In this document: piece by piece, positions 15,919 to 20,000 of the stretch
How the letters are laid out: each line of letters opens with the position of its first letter
Position numbering within the stretch: the first letter of the stretch is position 1
From: an uncultured virus (IMG/VR IMGVR_UViG_3300043774_001557)
Taxonomy: Duplodnaviria > Heunggongvirae > Uroviricota > Caudoviricetes
DNA: 20,000 nt
Reading direction: 5' to 3' (one strand)
IMG/VR virus record: IMGVR_UViG_3300043774_001557
Translations under genes and position numbers: made by a program
The notes under the pieces: generated by a model
The model's input: only the letters and a program-made list of their open reading frames with translations
Databases searched by the model: none
What the model was told of the DNA's origin: nothing

Positions 15919-16132
15919 GATTTCCCCCTTGTTTCCAGTTCGGCCAGTTGATCGGAGGAGGTCCGGAAGCGCGATGGACAATCCTCTTTTCTGTGATGCG
16001 CTCAAGAAATTCGTCCGTTTCCTCGATGACATCAATGGCATCTGGAATGCGGCCGAGTAGGTCTTTGTGAGTAACCGTTCCGTCATCATTGACGAATCGA
16101 TTTCTCATCCATGGCAGTTCTTGCGTGTTCAT
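15911..16132 (-). CDS. Hypothetical phage protein
   Basis: GAGGG RBS before ATG 16132; MNTQELPW... Confidence 0.6.
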   Translation of the reverse strand: MNTQELPWMRNRFVNDDGTVTHKDLLGRIPDAIDVIEETDEFLERITEKRIVHRASGPPPINWPNWKQGGNHA

Positions 16133-16139
16133 GGCGCCC

Positions 16140-16562
16140 TCAGTCGGTGTATGCGATGAACTTGAAACGTCCGTCGCCGAAGTAAGCAAATGAACCGCCG
16201 AATGTTCCGTCGACCAACTTGCGCACTTCTTCGATGATCGTTCCTTCCGGATAGACACCTTCCTTGATCATCGAACTGTTGCTGTGCGGCTTGTTGTGCC
16301 AGTCTATCTTTGTGGGATCAAGCGGGCGCGGACGCCATGACTCGTACACGTGACTCTTCGTGTTGATCGTGACCACATAGTCGTTGATGATTTGTTCTTC
16401 CGCTTCCCATCCGCAGCCTGGGCAATGCAACCTCACGGACGTGCACGAATAGCAAGGAGGACTGATATGGCATGAACAGTTCTCACTCTTCTGGAACTCG
16501 ATCACACCATCGCAGCCGTTGCGATGGCAGATGGCGCCTTCTTCGAATCCGATGATGCTCAC
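16140..16562 (-). CDS. Cys-rich, probably zinc-binding phage protein
   Basis: AGGAGG RBS and GTG start; CHRNGC, CSCHISPPCYSC, CPGC, GTFGG motifs. Confidence 0.8.
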   Translation of the reverse strand: MSIIGFEEGAICHRNGCDGVIEFQKSENCSCHISPPCYSCTSVRLHCPGCGWEAEEQIINDYVVTINTKSHVYESWRPRPLDPTKIDWHNKPHSNSSMIKEGVYPEGTIIEEVRKLVDGTFGGSFAYFGDGRFKFIAYTD

Positions 16563-16571
16563 GTCCGCCTC

Positions 16572-16769
16572 CTAAAAGTCATCGCACTGCGATACCAGCC
16601 GATCCCACGCGATCTGCCGATTGTTCAAGTACCAATTGACGCTTGAGCCATCGACCAGAACCGTCACCGAGTCATCTCCGAATTGCTGGACGATGGATGT
16701 GGCGCGCCTCGCGGCAATCGCGCCGCAGTTGGCTCTCTGGAACAGTTGGTTTAGCTGGGCCTGGGTCAT
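16572..16769 (-). CDS. Hypothetical phage protein
   Basis: GGAG RBS; ATG 1 nt after the upstream stop; MTQAQLNQLF... Confidence 0.6.
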   Translation of the reverse strand: MTQAQLNQLFQRANCGAIAARRATSIVQQFGDDSVTVLVDGSSVNWYLNNRQIAWDRLVSQCDDF

Positions 16770-16770
16770 G

Positions 16771-17208
16771 TCAGGCTCCCGTGGCTTTGCGGTGGTCTTC
16801 GCAGTGGCTATAGCCAGAATTGCCGGGGCCAAACTCGCCGCCGCATTGAGAGCAGAAGACGTTCTCGAAGCGCGGCTTGGCAAAACCTTCGGCTTTGGAC
16901 ACGGCCGCGCGAGCTGCGATGATTGCCCTGCCGGTAGGCGTATCGGCGTCAACGTGCGAATCATCAACAAACGCATCATCGATGGCCCGCAGGGCTTTCA
17001 GCAGTTCCGGTGCGGCAGCAATGAGGCGGGCGTTTGCGCGCATCTCGTCTGCACACTCAAGCCACGGGAAGCGCGAGCAAAGAATGTTTGCTTTGCCCGC
17101 ATCCTCCGAAGTTCCGATGCTGAACGAACCAGGTTCGCGCGCCTCAGCGCCCATCGTTGTCGAAAGCGGCAGAACAAACCACGGCCCAGGTGTGTGCTTG
17201 GCATCCAT
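16771..17208 (-). CDS. Phage protein of the KHTPGPW...ANARLIAAAPELL family with C-terminal Zn-ribbon-like tail
   Basis: AGGAG RBS; both motifs present; CSQC...HCEDH tail. Confidence 0.8.
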   Translation of the reverse strand: MDAKHTPGPWFVLPLSTTMGAEAREPGSFSIGTSEDAGKANILCSRFPWLECADEMRANARLIAAAPELLKALRAIDDAFVDDSHVDADTPTGRAIIAARAAVSKAEGFAKPRFENVFCSQCGGEFGPGNSGYSHCEDHRKATGA

Positions 17209-17239
17209 GTTTTAGGCTCCCTGTTGGGTTAGGCGGCGG

Positions 17240-17434
17240 TTATTTCCACGACCGCAGGAAAACAAGCGTGCCGAAGTCGTCCACCACAGCACGCGACTGC
17301 GGATGACACGCATCCAGCAGCAGCGTTCCGTCGTGCTCCATCCCGATCACCAGCGTTACGAGGTAATTCGGCGTGCGATGGTCATACGTACGCTGTACGC
17401 GGCACTCGACCATGGCTGAAAAGGATTGGCACAT
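17240..17434 (-). CDS. Hypothetical phage protein
   Basis: 64 aa; purine-rich leader; flanked by a 13-bp direct repeat. Confidence 0.6.
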   Translation of the reverse strand: MCQSFSAMVECRVQRTYDHRTPNYLVTLVIGMEHDGTLLLDACHPQSRAVVDDFGTLVFLRSWK

Positions 17435-17465
17435 ATCTCGTCTCTCTCGTGTTCAGTGGCGGGGG

Positions 17466-17668
17466 TTAGGCGGCGCGAGCCGCACGCAGTTGCTTGCGCC
17501 GTGCAATTTCAGCCATGAGTTTCTGCATTGCTGCTTCGTGTTTCTCTTCCGGCGGCATGAGAAACAGCTCGATCGCACATGCGAGCGTCGGGCCGTCAAA
17601 GGTGGCCGTCAGCTTTTCGGTATTCACCTTGACCAGGCGTGATTTTCCTTGCGCTTAGCCATGCTCAT
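17466..17668 (-). pseudogene. Frameshifted small gene (or 14-aa leader coupled to a 53-aa GTG ORF)
   Basis: MSMAKRKE then stop at 17626-17624; one extra A in GAAAA (17647-17643) restores ...KSRLVKVNTEKLTATFDG...RAARAA. Confidence 0.55.
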
Positions 17669-17690
17669 CCCCTCTGTTCAGTAGCGCTCG

Positions 17691-18110
17691 TCATGCGCCG
17701 ACGATGATGATTCCGCTGCGCGCGCCGAACGTGACAGCTTTCTTGTCTGCCATGTTTGGCCACTCGACAGGCGTTTCGTCGGCAGCGATTTCCGTATCAC
17801 CGCCATCGGCAGCAGTAGCCGCATCGAACCAGTGACCGCTGTAGGTGCCGTAGACCTTCCCGCCGTCGAATGCATAGGCGTAGTCGGTGGTGGTGCTGTC
17901 ATCCCAGGGCCACGGCCAACCATCAGCCGGTGTGGTTCCATCCTTGCGGCTGGCAATCTCAGCGACCACCGCTTCACGGAATTGCTGCTCGGTTGTGGCA
18001 TTGAATAGGCCGTCCCTATCGAAGCCATCCGGGTAGCCATCCCATGCCACGCTGCCGATCCACTCGGCGCTCTTGCCACGGCCAACATAGAAATCCGCTC
18101 TCGTTCCCAT
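17691..18110 (-). CDS. Conserved hypothetical phage protein (MGTRADFY...WDGYP)
   Basis: AAGGAAAGG RBS; 139 aa; WDGYP, GWPWPW and DYAY motifs. Confidence 0.8.
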   Translation of the reverse strand: MGTRADFYVGRGKSAEWIGSVAWDGYPDGFDRDGLFNATTEQQFREAVVAEIASRKDGTTPADGWPWPWDDSTTTDYAYAFDGGKVYGTYSGHWFDAATAADGGDTEIAADETPVEWPNMADKKAVTFGARSGIIIVGA

Positions 18111-18155
18111 TTCCTTTCCTTGTTCAGTAGCGCTCGCCGTAGCGGGCTGGTGTGG

Positions 18156-18293
18156 TTAGGCGAAGGATCGCGGATAGTCGTTTGCGATAATCCACGATGC
18201 ATACATTCGCGCCATTGCAACGTCATACGGCCAAGCCTGCGACAAACAGGCCAATTGTTGATAGCTGCGGAGTGCCATTGCGAGTTTGCTCAT
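18156..18293 (-). CDS. Hypothetical protein (45 aa; not in ORF track)
   Basis: AAGGGG upstream; MSKLAMALRSYQQ...RSFA; fills the gap. Confidence 0.55.
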   Translation of the reverse strand: MSKLAMALRSYQQLACLSQAWPYDVAMARMYASWIIANDYPRSFA

Positions 18294-18323
18294 TTCGTCA
18301 TCCCCTTGCGTGAGTAGCGCCGA

Positions 18324-18626
18324 TCAAGCCGCGATCAACTCAGGCCGCCATTCGCGCACGATGGCCTCGAACTGCTTGCTGTAGCCAAGCGTGTCGGGGT
18401 AGACGTTGTTGCGAGCTACCCAGGCGAACACCAGCACTACGTCATTGACGATCTCGTCATCCAGACCCCAGGAGGTGGTGAAATCATACCCGCCGCACTC
18501 AGCGGAGTTCCACCAAGCGAGAAGGAAGTCGGCCACACGGCGGCTTTGTCCGCTGTCCCGCTGCGCATGCGCGATCAATCGCTCAAGGGCGGCACGCACT
18601 TCGTCGTTCATTTGAATCATGGTCAT
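18324..18626 (-). CDS. Conserved hypothetical protein (DSGQSRRVADFLLAWWN motif)
   Basis: AAGGGG RBS; motif I recognise from proteobacterial plasmid and phage proteins. Confidence 0.75.
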   Translation of the reverse strand: MTMIQMNDEVRAALERLIAHAQRDSGQSRRVADFLLAWWNSAECGGYDFTTSWGLDDEIVNDVVLVFAWVARNNVYPDTLGYSKQFEAIVREWRPELIAA

Positions 18627-18631
18627 TCCCC

Positions 18632-18784
18632 TTATCCGCGCCGACGCTGCGAGCGCTGGTTGTCTTCGAACTCTTCCATGTCCTGCACCGAATAGCCTTC
18701 CTTCTTGATGCGCCATGCCACGAAGCACATGCACACCAGGGCCATCAGAGCGCAGGTGGCCAGAAGCACATAGAGGCGGCTCAT
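18632..18784 (-). CDS. Small membrane-anchored protein
   Basis: ATGA coupling; N-terminal TM LYVLLATCALMALVCMCFVAW. Confidence 0.65.
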   Translation of the reverse strand: MSRLYVLLATCALMALVCMCFVAWRIKKEGYSVQDMEEFEDNQRSQRRRG

Positions 18785-19098
18785 GCGGCCACCCCATACG
18801 GCGAACGATCCCTGTCGTAGGCAGCTTGGGCGTCGGCTTGCAGCGAATCCCATTTCTTGCTGTCGATGACGCTGGACAGGCTCACAGTCGTCCCGGCGAG
18901 CGTCACGTCATCCAGATCAAGTTCGCCGCGGTCGATCTCGCCCCACAGATCGACGGCAACATCACCGAGATGGCCGTGGCCGATGAGCTGCGTCTTCCGG
19001 CCCTTGGCGAGCTGCGGTTGCCCAGCAAGAGCGCGCTCAATGCGAACGGCCTCATTGCTCATGGCGGCTTGCCGGGTGATGGCTGTGTCGTTGGTCAT
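18781..19098 (-). CDS. First gene of the leftward early operon, hypothetical
   Basis: GAGG RBS before ATG 19098, just downstream of the PL-like promoter. Confidence 0.7.
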   Translation of the reverse strand: MTNDTAITRQAAMSNEAVRIERALAGQPQLAKGRKTQLIGHGHLGDVAVDLWGEIDRGELDLDDVTLAGTTVSLSSVIDSKKWDSLQADAQAAYDRDRSPYGVAA

Positions 19099-19099
19099 C

Positions 19100-19163
19100 T
19101 GGCGCCTCGTGCTAATGTCGTTGCTGTATGCGAATATATTAGCACGATGGGCGAAGGGCGCAA
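19100..19163 (-). promoter_or_regulatory. PL-like early promoter with repressor operators
   Basis: Minus strand TTGCGC (19163-19158)-16 nt-TAATAT (19141-19136) with extended TG; 17-bp imperfect palindrome 19139-19155; 10-bp inverted repeat TCGTGCTAAT (19107-19116)/ATTAGCACGA (19138-19147). Confidence 0.7.
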
Positions 19164-19284
19164 GGGGTTTTTGCAGATTGGTTTGAGCGGGGAAGGGGGG
19201 ATTGCGCAATCCGACATGCCCGGGAGAATTGCGGCCTCATTTTGGCCCCATAAGTGCTGCAGATGGCGTATCTAAGCCAAATTG

Positions 19285-19304
19285 GAGTCCCCTCCCTCGC
19301 ACCA
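19285..19304 (+). other. tRNA 3'-end fragment (probably tRNA-Leu) = putative att core at the prophage boundary
   Basis: GAGT-CCCCT-CCCTCGC-A-CCA = T-loop end, T-stem, acceptor strand, discriminator and CCA; no upstream tRNA body. Confidence 0.75.
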
Positions 19305-19388
19305 AACATCCCCTCTTGACCGGCATTTGCCTGGGCTTGGATTCAACGCACAATGCGCGTCGCATCCATTTTTCCCAAGGCATTTGCC

Positions 19389-19625
19389 ATGAGCGCATCG
19401 CTCGGAACCCTCCTGATCATCGCTGGCTATTCGCTGCTCATCCTCTCGATGATCGGCATTGGGCTGCATGCGTTCACCGGCAACCCGATCCATGGCGTGC
19501 TGTGCTTGATCGTTCCGTTCTACCTGTACGTCTACGCCAAAAGGCATCCGGTTGGCCGGGCGCTGATGCGCGCGTGGTATGCGGGGATCGTGGCCTTGAT
19601 CGCCGGGACGGTATTGCTATCGTAG
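19389..19625 (+). CDS. Small inner-membrane protein (3 hydrophobic segments)
   Basis: 78 aa; outside the putative att. Confidence 0.65.
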   Translation: MSASLGTLLIIAGYSLLILSMIGIGLHAFTGNPIHGVLCLIVPFYLYVYAKRHPVGRALMRAWYAGIVALIAGTVLLS

Positions 19626-19634
19626 GCGGCGCAC

Positions 19635-19823
19635 CTACGTCGGCGCGCTTTCGCGCACCGCCTCATGCAAAACCTCCATAAACCGCGCCGTCATCGGCTC
19701 CGCATCCCCCGCGCGCCGCATCGTCTTGGGCGCCAGCGCCACGCCCATCCCGAACCCGACCATCGTCACCACCGTCTGCCATAGCCGCGCCTCATGGCGG
19801 ATGACGGGGCTGAAGCCGGCACC
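19635..19823 (-). pseudogene. LysR substrate-binding-domain C-terminal fragment
   Basis: AGFSPVIRHEARLWQTVVTMVGFGMGVALAP is a LysR signature; no HTH; tail appears internally shortened. Confidence 0.7.
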
Positions 19824-19894
19824 CAGCTGCCGTGCACGGCTGTGATCATCGTCCAGTCGGCATGGCCCATCTGCTTGGCGGTCCACATTGGGTG
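19817..19894 (-). pseudogene. Tyrosine-integrase C-terminal fragment
   Basis: HPMWTAKQMGHADWTMITAVHGSWVP matches the box II region; His at the catalytic Tyr position. Confidence 0.75.
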
Positions 19895-20000
19895 ATCGAT
19901 CGCGCGATTTGGCGTTGGCCAAGGTATCGACGCGCTGCCGATACCTCGGCGCACACAGCGCAAGGAACTTCAGCGGGCGTGCCTTCTCACGACGACTCAT

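Larger units (their letters stand above)
17226..18162 (-). repeat. Two families of short intergenic direct repeats
   Basis: TGTTCAGTAGCGCTCG at 17675-17690 and 18121-18136 (variant 17450-17461); GGGTTAGGCGGCG at 17226-17238 and 17463-17475 (partial 18154-18162). Confidence 0.8.
1..19304. mobile_element. Right arm of a temperate prophage
   Basis: Tail, lysis and early-operon genes ending at a tRNA-derived att-like sequence. Confidence 0.9.

Noticed and set aside
17226..18322. CRISPR array or integron attC sites
   Set aside because: Repeats are 9-16 bp, irregularly spaced by whole genes, with no palindromic attC structure, cas genes or intI
19199..19212. Perfect 14-bp palindrome GGATTGCGCAATCC between PL and att
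   Set aside because: Single copy with no assignable function; could be a binding site but unsupported
19230..19304. Intact tRNA gene
   Set aside because: Only the 3' 20 nt fit; no D or anticodon arm and no GCGAGGG 5' strand
19766..19963. Functional prophage integrase
   Set aside because: Only 26 codons match, catalytic Tyr is absent, and it lies outside the putative att

Overview
Right-hand ~19.3 kb of a temperate prophage with Burkholderiaceae-like gene content (host assignment is inference), followed by ~0.7 kb of flanking DNA. Left to right: end of a beta-helix tailspike, baseplate protein, tail fibre and small assembly protein (+); an inverted accessory module with its own operator-containing sigma70 promoter, an HTH regulator and two paralogous SGNH lipoproteins (-); a lysis region (holin-like genes, GH73 endolysin, HNH-like protein, two lipoproteins); patatin, a small 4-Cys protein, an HTH-metallophosphoesterase and a short CI-like HTH (+); a long leftward early operon of small genes driven by a PL-like promoter (-); a tRNA 3'-end fragment marking the probable att site; and a scar of integrase and LysR fragments. 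Most notable: (1) the HTH regulator is wholly nested in a different frame inside the 5' part of the SGNH lipoprotein ORF, whose only canonical start lies upstream of it; (2) the 17-bp PL operator recurs at a small internal transcription unit after the lysis genes; (3) the att site lies directly upstream of PL, with no cI or integrase on this side; (4) the early genes are separated by short conserved repeats. All family assignments come from motif recognition by eye, not database searches.
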